A stretch of 64,000 nucleotides of DNA from Vampirovibrionales bacterium (GCA_046341215.1 JBKDRU010000010.1:12983-76982), one strand, 5' to 3'. Counted from the first letter of the stretch, positions 45,229 to 54,946 are shown. Made by a program: numbers and translations. The notes: generated by a model from the letters alone, not told the origin.

Positions 45229-45906
45229 ATGCCTAAACAACCTGTGTTGGTTTTACTTTCAGGCGGACTCGATTCCACGGTGACGCTTGCCACGCTGATG
45301 AACGACCCTACCAAAGAGGTCTTGCGTTGCATAGCCTTTGATTATGGGCAACGCTCCTGGAACAAAGAACTCAAAGCCATTCGTAATATCGCTTTGCATT
45401 ATGCCTTGCCTTTACAAATTATTAAGTTGGATTGGCTTAAAGCCCTCGTTCCTGAAGGATACACCGCCGAATTCAAAGGTACCGCTACACATATATCAGA
45501 CGTGTGGGTGCCGAACCGTAACGGTGTGATGCTCAACATCGCAGCGAGCATCGCCGAAAGCTTAGGAGCGTCTGGCGTTGCATTTGGAGCAAACTTAGAC
45601 GAAGCAGAAGCAGGATTCCCCGATAATGGCGAAGAGTTTTGGCATGTGTTGAACAAAAGCCTCAAGCGTTCGACCTTAACAGGCGTCAAGGTCTTTGCCC
45701 CTGTGGGCGACCTTCGCAAGGTGGATATTGTGCGTCGAGGGATGCGTTTACACGCCCCCCTTGAACATATTTGGAGCTGTTACGGCAATGGAGATTTGCA
45801 TTGTGGCGCCTGTTCATCCTGCCAACACCTCAAGCGAGGCATGGCTCATTTGGGAGATGACGCGCCGATTAAGTTTGCGTCCCACGAATTTTCGGCGAGC
45901 GTCTAA
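45229..45906 (+). CDS. queC: 7-cyano-7-deazaguanine synthase
   Basis: From the ATG at 45229 (SD GGAGGG upstream): PP-loop VLVLLSGGLDSTV. C-terminal zinc cluster CYGNGDLHCGACSSCQHLKRG. The track ORF begins at an upstream GTG (45181). Confidence 0.85.
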   Translation: MPKQPVLVLLSGGLDSTVTLATLMNDPTKEVLRCIAFDYGQRSWNKELKAIRNIALHYALPLQIIKLDWLKALVPEGYTAEFKGTATHISDVWVPNRNGVMLNIAASIAESLGASGVAFGANLDEAEAGFPDNGEEFWHVLNKSLKRSTLTGVKVFAPVGDLRKVDIVRRGMRLHAPLEHIWSCYGNGDLHCGACSSCQHLKRGMAHLGDDAPIKFASHEFSASV

Positions 45907-46481
45907 TGCGTTTAATCAAAACCTTGCTCCTTATTTTAGTTTTGTGGATGCCTCTGCTTCCTGCCGATGCGTACACCAAGCTTTCGCCCCAGTGGTATGC
46001 TAGTCTTGCGCAAGAAGAAGCACGTAAAGGCGATACCTTCCATGATGAAGGGGAATACCTTAAGGCGTATGAAGCGTATACCAAAGCGATTGGCTATTAT
46101 CCTGTGGGAACCGCCACCGCAAGTTGGTACAATAATTTGGGCTTAAATTATGTGGCGATGAAGCAACCCGCTTTGGCAGCAGCGAGTTTTCAAACGGCGA
46201 TACGGTTGCATCCGATGAATGTGGTGTATTATGAAAACTTGGTGAGGGTTTACATTTCAGACGATCAAGTCAAGCCAAGGCTCAAGGCGTTGGTGGATTA
46301 TGTCGCCTACAACCCCCCCCATGCGGATGCGTGGTTTTTGTTAGGCTTGTTTTACAACGCTTTGGGGGACAATCGAGGCATGCAAACGGCGTGGCGACAG
46401 CATTTAAGCCTCGCCCCCCGCTCGCCGTTTAGGGCGAAAATCTGCCGAGAAGGCCCAGAAGCGTGTGTGCCGAAAAAGTAG
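45906..46481 (+). CDS. secreted TPR-repeat protein
   Basis: Signal-like N-terminus MRLIKTLLLILVLWMPLLPADA, then TPR-like units (YLKAYEAYTKAIGYYP, NNLGLNYVAMKQPALAAASFQTAIRLHPMN, AWFLLGLFYNALGD). The start overlaps the queC stop (TAATG). Confidence 0.65.
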   Translation: MRLIKTLLLILVLWMPLLPADAYTKLSPQWYASLAQEEARKGDTFHDEGEYLKAYEAYTKAIGYYPVGTATASWYNNLGLNYVAMKQPALAAASFQTAIRLHPMNVVYYENLVRVYISDDQVKPRLKALVDYVAYNPPHADAWFLLGLFYNALGDNRGMQTAWRQHLSLAPRSPFRAKICREGPEACVPKK

Positions 46482-46651
46482 GGTTTGTCGCTATTTTCAA
46501 ATAATAAGGTGAGATGTGCACATCGTTGCACAAGCCGACGTCCAAGCACTAAATCCGAGCGGGTGAGCGAACTGCGACCCCCGAGCGATTTTGCGGACGT
46601 CCCACAGGAAGAAGTGGAGCAAGCGAAGAGGATGAGATGGGGGGTGGATTT

Positions 46652-46711
46652 TTAAGGAGGGGGGAAGAGAAGGAGAGCCGCAACAACTTCCTTCTCTTCC
46701 CCCCTCCTTAA
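46652..46711. repeat. 23-bp perfect inverted repeat (polypurine arm / polypyrimidine arm) with 14-nt loop
   Basis: TTAAGGAGGGGGGAAGAGAAGGA (46652-46674) ... TCCTTCTCTTCCCCCCTCCTTAA (46689-46711). Neither side has a flanking T-run. Confidence 0.9.
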
Positions 46712-46730
46712 ACCGCCTTTAGAGGTGTTG

Positions 46731-46756
46731 GAGACCTTTGGCGGAGCAAAGGTCTC
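46731..46756. repeat. 9-bp perfect hairpin GAGACCTTT-GGCGGAGC-AAAGGTCTC
   Basis: Read directly from the sequence, 20 nt downstream of the 23-bp inverted repeat in the same GC-rich spacer. Confidence 0.7.
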
Positions 46757-46840
46757 TGACGACCGACCAGCTAGAAACGAAGATAGAAGTTCAAAAAAAT
46801 AGTGAATTTTAAAATATCGCTTTCAAGACATAAATTACGA

Positions 46841-47854
46841 CTACCGTGAAAACACATCGATGTTGAGCTGGTTTTCACTAAGTGGGTTGAAATAGGCGGA
46901 CGCTCCCACCATGGCGGCGTTGTCGGTACAAAAACGCATCGCGGGTATGTGGATGCGAAAACCGTCCGCTTCTAAATCTAAAAACGCTTTTCGCAAAGCA
47001 CTATTGGCGGAAACACCTCCCGCCAGTGTGAGGGTTTTGACACTAGTTTCTTCAGAGAGTTGAAGTAGTTTTCGTATTAAAGTTTTGACGACCGTGGTTT
47101 GAAACGAGGCGGAAATGTCCTGAACCAACTGAAGCGGTACAGGCGTTTGGGTGGACAAATACGGCTCCGCTTCGGTTCGCCAAACTTTTAAGACCGCCGT
47201 TTTAAGCCCTGAAAAACTAAAGTCATAGGCGTTTTTCGTTCGAGCGACAGGCAAGCTAAACGCCTTGGCGTTGCCAGCTTGAGCCAGCTTGTCGAGCACC
47301 GCTCCACCAGGGAATCCCAAGCCCATTTCACGTGCTAACTTGTCGTAGACTTCCCCCACCGCGTCATCGAGCGTTTCACCCACTATTTTAATATCGTCGT
47401 AGGCGTTCACTTGCAATAATTGCGTATGTCCCCCACTCACCAAAAGCCCTATGAATGGCGGTTCTAAGTCGCTTTCCAAGTAGTTCGACGCCACATGAGC
47501 CTTTAGGTGGTTCACACCCAAGAAAGGCTTTTGCGCAATAAGCGAAAGGGTTTTGGCAGTATTCGCCCCCACCAACAAGGAACCGAGTAAACCTGGTCCA
47601 AGGGTGCTAGCAATGGCATCCATATCGTTAAGGCTCAAACCTGCTTGCGCTAAGGCTTCGGCAACGACGGCATTGACGCTATGAATGTGTGAGCGAGCCG
47701 CCAGTTCAGGAATGACACCCCCGTAACGGGCGTGAACATCCAACTGGCTATCAATCACGGAAGCCAACACTGTTCGACCATCTTGCACGATGGCACAAGC
47801 CGTGTCGTCACAACTCGATTCTATCGCCAAGATGCGTCGGTATTCGGCGTTCAT
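46841..47854 (-). CDS. tsaD: tRNA N6-adenosine threonylcarbamoyltransferase
   Basis: ILAIESSCDDTACAIV, GVNHLKAHV, LLVSGGHTQLL and TLAGGVSANSALR match TsaD/Kae1. Confidence 0.9.
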   Translation of the reverse strand: MNAEYRRILAIESSCDDTACAIVQDGRTVLASVIDSQLDVHARYGGVIPELAARSHIHSVNAVVAEALAQAGLSLNDMDAIASTLGPGLLGSLLVGANTAKTLSLIAQKPFLGVNHLKAHVASNYLESDLEPPFIGLLVSGGHTQLLQVNAYDDIKIVGETLDDAVGEVYDKLAREMGLGFPGGAVLDKLAQAGNAKAFSLPVARTKNAYDFSFSGLKTAVLKVWRTEAEPYLSTQTPVPLQLVQDISASFQTTVVKTLIRKLLQLSEETSVKTLTLAGGVSANSALRKAFLDLEADGFRIHIPAMRFCTDNAAMVGASAYFNPLSENQLNIDVFSR

Positions 47855-47886
47855 GTTTAGCCCTTTATAGCTTTGCGTTTGATCGC

Positions 47887-48867
47887 TTAGCCGTTTCCAA
47901 CCGCACCGATTTGGCGGTACTTTTGAAAACGTTGCTCTTTCAGCGTTTCAATATCTAAGGCATTGAGTTCGACTAGCCCCAAATGAATCTGTTGAGCAAT
48001 CGATGCAATGGTCACTTCGGGGTTATAATGCGCCCCTCCACGAGGCTCTTCAATCACGGCATCGCAAATGCCAAAACGATACAAATCTTGAGCGGTGATT
48101 TTAAGGGCTTCCGCAGCGGTAGTGGCAAAGCTGGCGTCCCGCCAAAGAATCGACGCACAACCTTCAGGGGAAATAACCGTGTATTGAGCGTGTTCTAGCA
48201 TGTAAATGTGGTTTGAAATCCCGATGCCTAAGGCGCCTCCGCTAGAGGCTTCGCCCATCACAATCGAAATAATCGGTACATTTAAACGAGACATTTCACG
48301 AATGTTTAAGGCAATCGCATGACCGATCGCATGCTGTTCGCCTTCAATGCCGGGGTAAGCACCAGGCGTGTCAATCAAGGTAATCACAGGCATTTTAAAC
48401 TTTTCAGCGTGTTGAAACAAACGCAAGGCTTTGCGGTAGCCTTCGGGGTTGGCCATCCCGAAATTATGCACCAAGTTTTCCTTCATGCTACGGCCTTTTT
48501 GCGTGCCTAGAATCATCGCTGGTTTGCCGTCGAGCTCAATCACACCGCCGACAATAGCCCTGTCGTCTTTACCCATGCGATCGCCATGGAGTTCAAACCA
48601 AGTGTCTGGTGAAAGCCCTTGAATGACTTCTAGCGTGTTAGGCCGTTGCGGATGACGTGCGATCTGCAATTTTTGGGCAGGTGTAAGCTGTTCGTACAAC
48701 TGGGCTTCCATTTCTGTGAGTTGCTGGCGTAAGGATTGGCAATTTTCGCGGACGTCTAAAGTGCTCTCTTTTTCAAGATCAGCAATCTGTTTTTTAAGTT
48801 GAATGAGGGGTTTTTCAAAATCTAGAGATTGAATTTTAGGGGACGCCTTTTCTTTTGTTTTGGTCAT
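47887..48867 (-). CDS. accA: acetyl-CoA carboxylase carboxyltransferase alpha subunit
   Basis: LDFEKPLIQLKKQIADLE, RHPQRPNTLE, ITLIDTPGAYPGIEGEQHAIGHAIA and GEASSGGALG. Confidence 0.9.
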   Translation of the reverse strand: MTKTKEKASPKIQSLDFEKPLIQLKKQIADLEKESTLDVRENCQSLRQQLTEMEAQLYEQLTPAQKLQIARHPQRPNTLEVIQGLSPDTWFELHGDRMGKDDRAIVGGVIELDGKPAMILGTQKGRSMKENLVHNFGMANPEGYRKALRLFQHAEKFKMPVITLIDTPGAYPGIEGEQHAIGHAIALNIREMSRLNVPIISIVMGEASSGGALGIGISNHIYMLEHAQYTVISPEGCASILWRDASFATTAAEALKITAQDLYRFGICDAVIEEPRGGAHYNPEVTIASIAQQIHLGLVELNALDIETLKEQRFQKYRQIGAVGNG

Positions 48868-48899
48868 CGTTTAGAAACTCCGTGTAACATAAAGCCCAA

Positions 48900-49835
48900 T
48901 TAGGAAACCATGACAGGTTCATGGTTAAAAAGCGTTAGGGCTTTTTTGGTGGGGTACTGTTGACTGCTGGCTTGATGTAATAAAATCAAGCGCTCCAAAG
49001 TTTGGCGAAGATCATGGCGGTGTAAGACCATGTCCACCTGTCCGTATTCTTGTAAGTAACCAGCGGTTTGGAAATCAGCCGGTAATTTTTGACGAATGGT
49101 TTGTTCAATGACTCGGCGTCCTGCAAAACCTATTCTGGCCCCTTCTTCGGCTAAAATTAAATCGCCTAGCGTACCGTAACTAGCCGTGACGCCTCCGTAG
49201 GTCGGTTCGGTGAGTAAGGTGATATAGAGTAAGCCTCGTTCATGCAAGCGCCCTAATACGGCGGATGTTTTCACCATTTGCATTAAAGAAAACATGCCTT
49301 CTTGCATTCTGGCTCCGCCTGAAGCGGTCACCACAATTAAAGGGAGGTTGTAGGCTAAGCTTTTTTCGGCGGCTCGGGTAATTTTTTCGCCTACGACGGA
49401 TCCCATAGACCCACCCATGTAGCCAAAATCCATGACGGCAAGGGCGTAAATGGCTTGCCCTGTTTTGGCAATACCTGTAATGACGGCATCCTTAAGCTTA
49501 GACTTTTTTTCGGCGTCGGCTTGACGCACGGTGTAAGCTTCGGTGTCGGTGAAGTGCAGGGGATCCAGCGGGGAAAGCTGGGCATCGAGTTCGTGGAAGG
49601 CATCGGTGAGTTGTTTGATGCGTCGTTTGGCTGAAATTCGGTGGTGATAGCCACATTTAGGGCAAACGTTAAGGTTTGCTCGCAAGTCGGTTTTGGTGAG
49701 TTGGGCGTCGCAACTGACGCACTTTGTCCATATTTTGGCGTATTGAGCGTCTTCCACCCGGTTCATGCCTTCGGCATCTAGGTGAGCGGTCGATTGCTTA
49801 CGACGTTGTTCAAACCAGTTTTTTAAACTCATCAT
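48900..49835 (-). CDS. accD: acetyl-CoA carboxylase carboxyltransferase beta subunit
   Basis: N-terminal zinc ribbon WTKCVSCDAQL...CPKCGYHHRISA, then MDFGYMGGSMGSVVGEKI and SGGARMQEG. Confidence 0.9.
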   Translation of the reverse strand: MMSLKNWFEQRRKQSTAHLDAEGMNRVEDAQYAKIWTKCVSCDAQLTKTDLRANLNVCPKCGYHHRISAKRRIKQLTDAFHELDAQLSPLDPLHFTDTEAYTVRQADAEKKSKLKDAVITGIAKTGQAIYALAVMDFGYMGGSMGSVVGEKITRAAEKSLAYNLPLIVVTASGGARMQEGMFSLMQMVKTSAVLGRLHERGLLYITLLTEPTYGGVTASYGTLGDLILAEEGARIGFAGRRVIEQTIRQKLPADFQTAGYLQEYGQVDMVLHRHDLRQTLERLILLHQASSQQYPTKKALTLFNHEPVMVS

Positions 49836-49945
49836 ATGAATAAATCCCCTTTTGAGAAATGGCGATGTTTATTATTGTACGCTAAAAAATAAAATCAACA
49901 AGTATTCAATATAGAGAAAGCATATAGCAAGTTTGTGAAAGCGGT

Positions 49946-52609
49946 CTATACCTGTCGCCAAAGTAACTGAAATCGAACACCTTTGGCGGTTTTATACGCC
50001 TGCCAATGCCCTTCAAGTCGAAAGTTAAGACGGGCCAGCGTCAACACATAGGCCTTTTTAGGACTCGCCTGCCATTGCAAAAGCGAAGCCGTATGACGAT
50101 CCAACGTCGTCAGACGGGTATTCTTCCACTGCTGATGTAAATCGTTTTCAAAACGCTGGAGGCTTGCTTCATGTCGTTTTTGTTTTTGCAAACGTGTTTC
50201 TTTCGCTTTTTTAGGTGTTGAGTAAGGCGATTTCTTTTTTGTTTTCGCCATAGTCTGCTTCGTTTTTTTCCTCGTTTTTTTCTTTGGCTTGAGCCGTTTC
50301 TTTTCGGTTCTTGAAGCAGAAGAGAGTTTCCCTGTAGATCCTTCGTTAGCAGCCTTCAAGACTTCCAAGCTTTGCTTGGGAAGGATGGAGTCTTCAAAGG
50401 GATCAGTGGTAAATAGTGTTTGCGCTTTTGAAAGGGATTTAGGTGCTTTTAGATATTTGGAGGTATCTTCAAAAAAGGCTATGGTGAATACGGCATCTTC
50501 AGAGGCTAAAAGGTCTTTTTTACGTTGATTCATCTCGGCTTGACTGAAGGAGTTCAAGTAAGAGACATCCCCTTCGGCAAGGGTTGTTACCGTTTTCTGG
50601 ATACGGTTTTGTTGCTTTTGAGCCGTGCTTAATTTTCTTTTTTCCGTCGCCTTTCTACGAGGCTTACGTTTGGGCTTCTTCTCGCTTTTCTTTTGTATCG
50701 TCTTTAGGGTGGAAGCGTCCAAGAACACCACTTCTTCAGGCGGATTGAGGTGTTGAGCGTCCAAATAACGAGCCACGTCCCCTAGCTCAAATGTTGACAA
50801 TGGGGCTTCCACAAAAATAATGCTGTGAATCTGTTGATTTTCTTTATAATGTAGGAGTCTCACCCCGTCGTGTCGCAGGGTTTTACCGATGGGTAAAGAC
50901 ACCCATGCTTTTTGAGGGTGCCTATCGTAACGGGAGGCATTCCAATAGATCGGAAAGAGGATTAGGGCAAGGCTTATTAAGCCAATCCCACTGAAACTCA
51001 GGACTTTGAATCGGGGGTGTTTTTCCCAAAACGACGACCCGCCATTCCACCAAGGTAGACTGAGTAAAACGGCGTAAGCGATCAACATCCATGAGCTGGG
51101 GAGCGTGGGAACGATGAATTGTAAGTGAGGTAAGCTTGCCCCCCATAGCGTCCAAGCGATTTGGACATTTAAAAGCATTTGGCTCGGTACGAGACATAAG
51201 CTCGCTAAGGTTGGTGAAAGGGTATAGATCCCAAAGCTGGCGAATCCCCATAGCGTAAGGGGAGCGACTAGAATCCCACTTAATAGATTCATTAACACGG
51301 CGTGTAAAGGCGTTTTGTGGAAGACCTGTAAAATCAGAGGCGTGGCGTAGAGTTGAGCAACCGCGGTGAGGCATCCTGCGGAAAGAAGCCCAGCAATCAG
51401 GTTTCGCTTGGCATTCCACCCTTTTTGTTTAAGCAGTTCTTCAAGCGATGTAAATAAAGTCACAATACCAAAGGTCGTCAATACAGAGAGTTGGAAGCCG
51501 AGGTTGAGCCATAAGTAAGGTTGCATAAGGCTTAACACGCTTATCGCCAGCATCAGCAAGAAGAGGGGACTCAAGGGCTTGAATAGATATTTGATCCACA
51601 AGCCGAAAAACCACATGACCACGGACCGTAAAATAGACGGCGGAAAGCCTGTCGCCACGCCATAGGCAAGCACGCCCAAACTGGCTATTCCAAAGGCAGC
51701 GCCTCGTGGGAAGCGGGGGATGAGGCGTAGCAAAAACAGCAAGCCCGCCGCGATTATCGCCACATTCATGCCACTGGCAGCCACCAAATGGATCTGCCCT
51801 GTGCTGATAAAAGCCTGCTTGAGCTGGCTCGGCAAGGGACTTGCCCTGTCGCCTAGCACGATGCCTCCCATGAGCCGACCTGCATCCATGCCGAGCGTTT
51901 TTTCAAGCAACGCCACATAGCCGTTACGTTTGTCAAGAATCACCGATTCAAGCCTTGCCTTCTGCCTTTCCAGCCACGTTGGGGGCTTGTCAGACGCTTC
52001 AAGGGGGAGGCGTTCGAGGCAGTCTTCATCGATAGTCGCTTGCTTGAGTGTGCCAGCGATGCCCATGCTTTCTAGGTAATGGGCTTCATTAAAATCCCCC
52101 AAAAAGCGAGGGGCATGCCCGATCTGAAAATAGCCTGAAACACAGGTTAGCTTGCCAAGCGGCAGAGGGGTATTATGGCGTGTTTTGATTAAAATACGCA
52201 CAGGCGTTGTGGTGTCTAAGTGAATTGTTTCAAGGAGCATCCCTTTTTCGTGGGGTAGGATTTTACCGGGTAACCTTAGGTATTGAGCGTCCAAGTAATC
52301 GGGGACGTGGACGGGTTGAAAACGAAGCAAAGCGAGGATGAATCCGAGTATAGCGACAAGTCCAGCAAGCCCCAAGCGTTTGATCCAGAGGGGGAACTTT
52401 CCCCAAAACGCAATGCTAAAAAGGGCGAAGAGGCAGCTTCCCTTCAAGAGCCAAGGGCTTAGATCAAGGGGATTCATTTGGATCTGCACACCCCACATAA
52501 AGCCTAAGATGCCCACAAGCAATAAGGCACTGAGTCCTTTTTGTAGGCGGTAGAGGGTTTCAAGCCCTATATGTGTAATGAGCCGAATGGTCGCAACAGT
52601 GTTTTTCAT
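49946..52609 (-). CDS. comEC: ComEC/Rec2-family DNA internalisation channel protein with atypical Lys-rich C-terminal region
   Basis: N-terminal TM segments plus an OB-like region, then the competence-domain core (QIHLVAASGMNVAIIAAGLLFLLRL ... multiple TM segments). The C-terminal ~330 aa lack HxHxDH and contain KKSEKKPKRKPRRKATEKRK and KKRLKPKKKTRKKTKQTMAKTKKK. Confidence 0.75.
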   Translation of the reverse strand: MKNTVATIRLITHIGLETLYRLQKGLSALLLVGILGFMWGVQIQMNPLDLSPWLLKGSCLFALFSIAFWGKFPLWIKRLGLAGLVAILGFILALLRFQPVHVPDYLDAQYLRLPGKILPHEKGMLLETIHLDTTTPVRILIKTRHNTPLPLGKLTCVSGYFQIGHAPRFLGDFNEAHYLESMGIAGTLKQATIDEDCLERLPLEASDKPPTWLERQKARLESVILDKRNGYVALLEKTLGMDAGRLMGGIVLGDRASPLPSQLKQAFISTGQIHLVAASGMNVAIIAAGLLFLLRLIPRFPRGAAFGIASLGVLAYGVATGFPPSILRSVVMWFFGLWIKYLFKPLSPLFLLMLAISVLSLMQPYLWLNLGFQLSVLTTFGIVTLFTSLEELLKQKGWNAKRNLIAGLLSAGCLTAVAQLYATPLILQVFHKTPLHAVLMNLLSGILVAPLTLWGFASFGIYTLSPTLASLCLVPSQMLLNVQIAWTLWGASLPHLQFIVPTLPSSWMLIAYAVLLSLPWWNGGSSFWEKHPRFKVLSFSGIGLISLALILFPIYWNASRYDRHPQKAWVSLPIGKTLRHDGVRLLHYKENQQIHSIIFVEAPLSTFELGDVARYLDAQHLNPPEEVVFLDASTLKTIQKKSEKKPKRKPRRKATEKRKLSTAQKQQNRIQKTVTTLAEGDVSYLNSFSQAEMNQRKKDLLASEDAVFTIAFFEDTSKYLKAPKSLSKAQTLFTTDPFEDSILPKQSLEVLKAANEGSTGKLSSASRTEKKRLKPKKKTRKKTKQTMAKTKKKSPYSTPKKAKETRLQKQKRHEASLQRFENDLHQQWKNTRLTTLDRHTASLLQWQASPKKAYVLTLARLNFRLEGHWQAYKTAKGVRFQLLWRQV

Positions 52610-52736
52610 ATAAAAAACAGTATAGCTAAGTTATGGACGAGGTTCAACACACAATGTAACAAATCGTAAATTTCTCTATAGAAGAAGCCATAAATGGAAG
52701 ATACCTTTTTGGAGATAACACAAAGGAGAGATTCAC

Positions 52737-53039
52737 ATGAAAATTACTTTAATCCTTAGCTTTGCCCTACTTACCCTTTTCGTCAGTAGCCCTATTAGTC
52801 AAGCCGCCACTGGTATTGACGAAGTGACATCTTTACGCTCAAAGCTTCGTGCCACTGTCGAACATATGGCATTAAACGAAGAGTCAGAAGCCTCCCAATC
52901 CCATTGGTTATTGATTAACGAAGTACCTTGGAAGTGGGATGAATCTGCCTTGGTTTTTTCAGGTTCTTTTGTGAATACGAATTATAAAAGGCTTGCTCCT
53001 TCAGCTGACGACAAAAATGTCATTAACTTTGATTTTTAG
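52737..53039 (+). CDS. small secreted hypothetical protein
   Basis: 100 aa with signal peptide MKITLILSFALLTLFVSSPISQA|A. No recognisable motif. Confidence 0.45.
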   Translation: MKITLILSFALLTLFVSSPISQAATGIDEVTSLRSKLRATVEHMALNEESEASQSHWLLINEVPWKWDESALVFSGSFVNTNYKRLAPSADDKNVINFDF

Positions 53040-53191
53040 AGACTACTTATTGAAAATAATCTAGTTCAAATAATGGGTTTTTGGTACGTTCTAAGTCCTA
53101 ATACGTTTTACTATTATATGATTTTTTAAACAGTCATTATTGATCATATTTTAGAAGTTATCGTATTTTAAACAGGACGGTCTTTCCAACC

Positions 53192-54946
53192 ATGCCCATT
53201 AAAACTTTAAAGCGTCATGCTTACCTCATTTCCCTACTTTCAGCCTTTGGCTTAACTTGTTTACCTGCTTTTGCCGACGATGTGGGAGGTATTTCCCCCA
53301 CTAGTAACCCTGGTTCGTTGACCAATACAGGTTTGGAACAAGTTAATAAAAAAAATCGCCTTGATCGAAATCCGATTTACGGCATTGTGGAAAATGAAAA
53401 AATTAAACCCACCGATGAAGTCATCAAGCTTGACCTACCTGATGCCATTGGCACGCCGTCTTTTCAAATCTATGATGACTTGCATCATCTTCAAATTGTG
53501 GGCAACAGCGTCTTTACTCAAGCCGATTTCAAGCCTTTGGTGGACGTCTTTTTAGCCAGCAGTCGTAGCACTAAAGATGTGCAAGCTTTGATTCACCAGA
53601 TTGATCGTAAATACTACGAAAAAGGCTACCTGACCAGCAAGACTTTTTTTGAAAGCGAAGCGAATCATACCTTGGTTTTGCGAGTGGTGGAAGGGCGTGT
53701 GGGTCACATTGAAATTGACGGCAACCATTTCAAAAAAGACAAACGCATTTTAAAAGATCTCAAACTTAATGAAGGTGATGTTTTGAACCTCAAGGAGTTG
53801 CAAGAAAATGTTGAAAGCATCAACAGTTCGCAAGATTTATATAAGGTCAAGGCTCGTTTGAGTGCAGGTAAAGAAGCAGGCGAAAGCGTCCTGACCTATG
53901 AAGTCGAAGAACGCTTACCTTTTAAATTGTCTGTTTTTAGTGACAATCGTGGGCGTCCGCTGATTGGGCAAACTCGCTGGGGAACTGAGTTTGAGTATGC
54001 CGATCCCCTCGGCAAAGGCGATAAGCTCACCTTGGGCTATACAGGGGCAAGAGGCACCACCATCGCTGAATCGGCGTATACCATTCCTGTAAACAGCAAA
54101 GGCACCAGCGTGGGTGTGGCGTACAGCTTTGCATACGTTCATGTGCAGAACCGTAAAGGTCCTGATCGTTTAACGGGGACTGCTCACAATTATAGTGTTT
54201 TCTTAAATCAAAACGTCGAACAAATTAAGGGACTTTCTTTAAGTACGGGACTTAACCTACGTAAAATTACGTCATTCGACAACGGCGTGCAATCAGGCGA
54301 AAGTGATGTTTCTAGTGCAACCGCAGGCTTCAATTGGGACGAATCCGATAAAGTGGGACGAAGCAACCTCAACGGCACCGTCACCGCAGGGGCTGCCTTT
54401 TGGGGAGGCGACAACACCTTCATGAAATACGAACTAGCAGGCACTCGTATTTTTAACCTGCCGAAGAATCAGTACCTTGTTTTTAATGGCTATAGCATGC
54501 TTTCTTCAGGGCCTTTACCTGGTTTTGAGCAAATGCAAATCGGAGGCTCCTCTTCCGTTCGAGGCTTCACGGAAGGCTTACTATTTGGAGATAGAGGCTT
54601 CACCGTGAATGCGGAATATCGCTACCCGATTTGGGGCTTGGCGAAGGTGGCACCTAAGCTTGCGGAAAATCTGCAAGGGGTTTTATTTGTCGATGCCAGC
54701 CAAGTCGTGGTCGCTAAAAATACCAGCGGAAGGCTTGCAGGAGCTTCTAACCGTGGGAATACAACGCTTGTCGGTACAGGAGCAGGTTTACGTTTAGCCA
54801 TTAACGACACCCTAGAAGGCTTTGTGGATTTTGGCGTAGGCTTGACGGAACGAGATGCCGTAGAGCCGAATGCTCAACCTTCGGTGCGTGTGCATTTTGG
54901 GATCAGAAGTCAACTCATTAAGGCTAAATACAAAAAACGTGGTTGA
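53192..54946 (+). CDS. ShlB/FhaC/HecB-family (TpsB) outer-membrane transporter
   Basis: Signal peptide ...CLPAFADD. POTRA-like segments (LQIVGNSVFTQADFKPLV; VVEGRVGHIEIDGNHFKKDKRILKDL). Beta-barrel region with FNLPKNQYLVFNGY and GGSSSVRGF (conserved loop-like motif). Confidence 0.75.
   Translation: MPIKTLKRHAYLISLLSAFGLTCLPAFADDVGGISPTSNPGSLTNTGLEQVNKKNRLDRNPIYGIVENEKIKPTDEVIKLDLPDAIGTPSFQIYDDLHHLQIVGNSVFTQADFKPLVDVFLASSRSTKDVQALIHQIDRKYYEKGYLTSKTFFESEANHTLVLRVVEGRVGHIEIDGNHFKKDKRILKDLKLNEGDVLNLKELQENVESINSSQDLYKVKARLSAGKEAGESVLTYEVEERLPFKLSVFSDNRGRPLIGQTRWGTEFEYADPLGKGDKLTLGYTGARGTTIAESAYTIPVNSKGTSVGVAYSFAYVHVQNRKGPDRLTGTAHNYSVFLNQNVEQIKGLSLSTGLNLRKITSFDNGVQSGESDVSSATAGFNWDESDKVGRSNLNGTVTAGAAFWGGDNTFMKYELAGTRIFNLPKNQYLVFNGYSMLSSGPLPGFEQMQIGGSSSVRGFTEGLLFGDRGFTVNAEYRYPIWGLAKVAPKLAENLQGVLFVDASQVVVAKNTSGRLAGASNRGNTTLVGTGAGLRLAINDTLEGFVDFGVGLTERDAVEPNAQPSVRVHFGIRSQLIKAKYKKRG

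Noticed and set aside
46352-46549. 65-aa minus-strand ORF overlapping the end of the TPR gene and the spacer
   Set aside because: It is antisense to a well-supported gene and runs into the structured spacer. Its composition is Arg/Cys-rich, typical of an antisense artefact.
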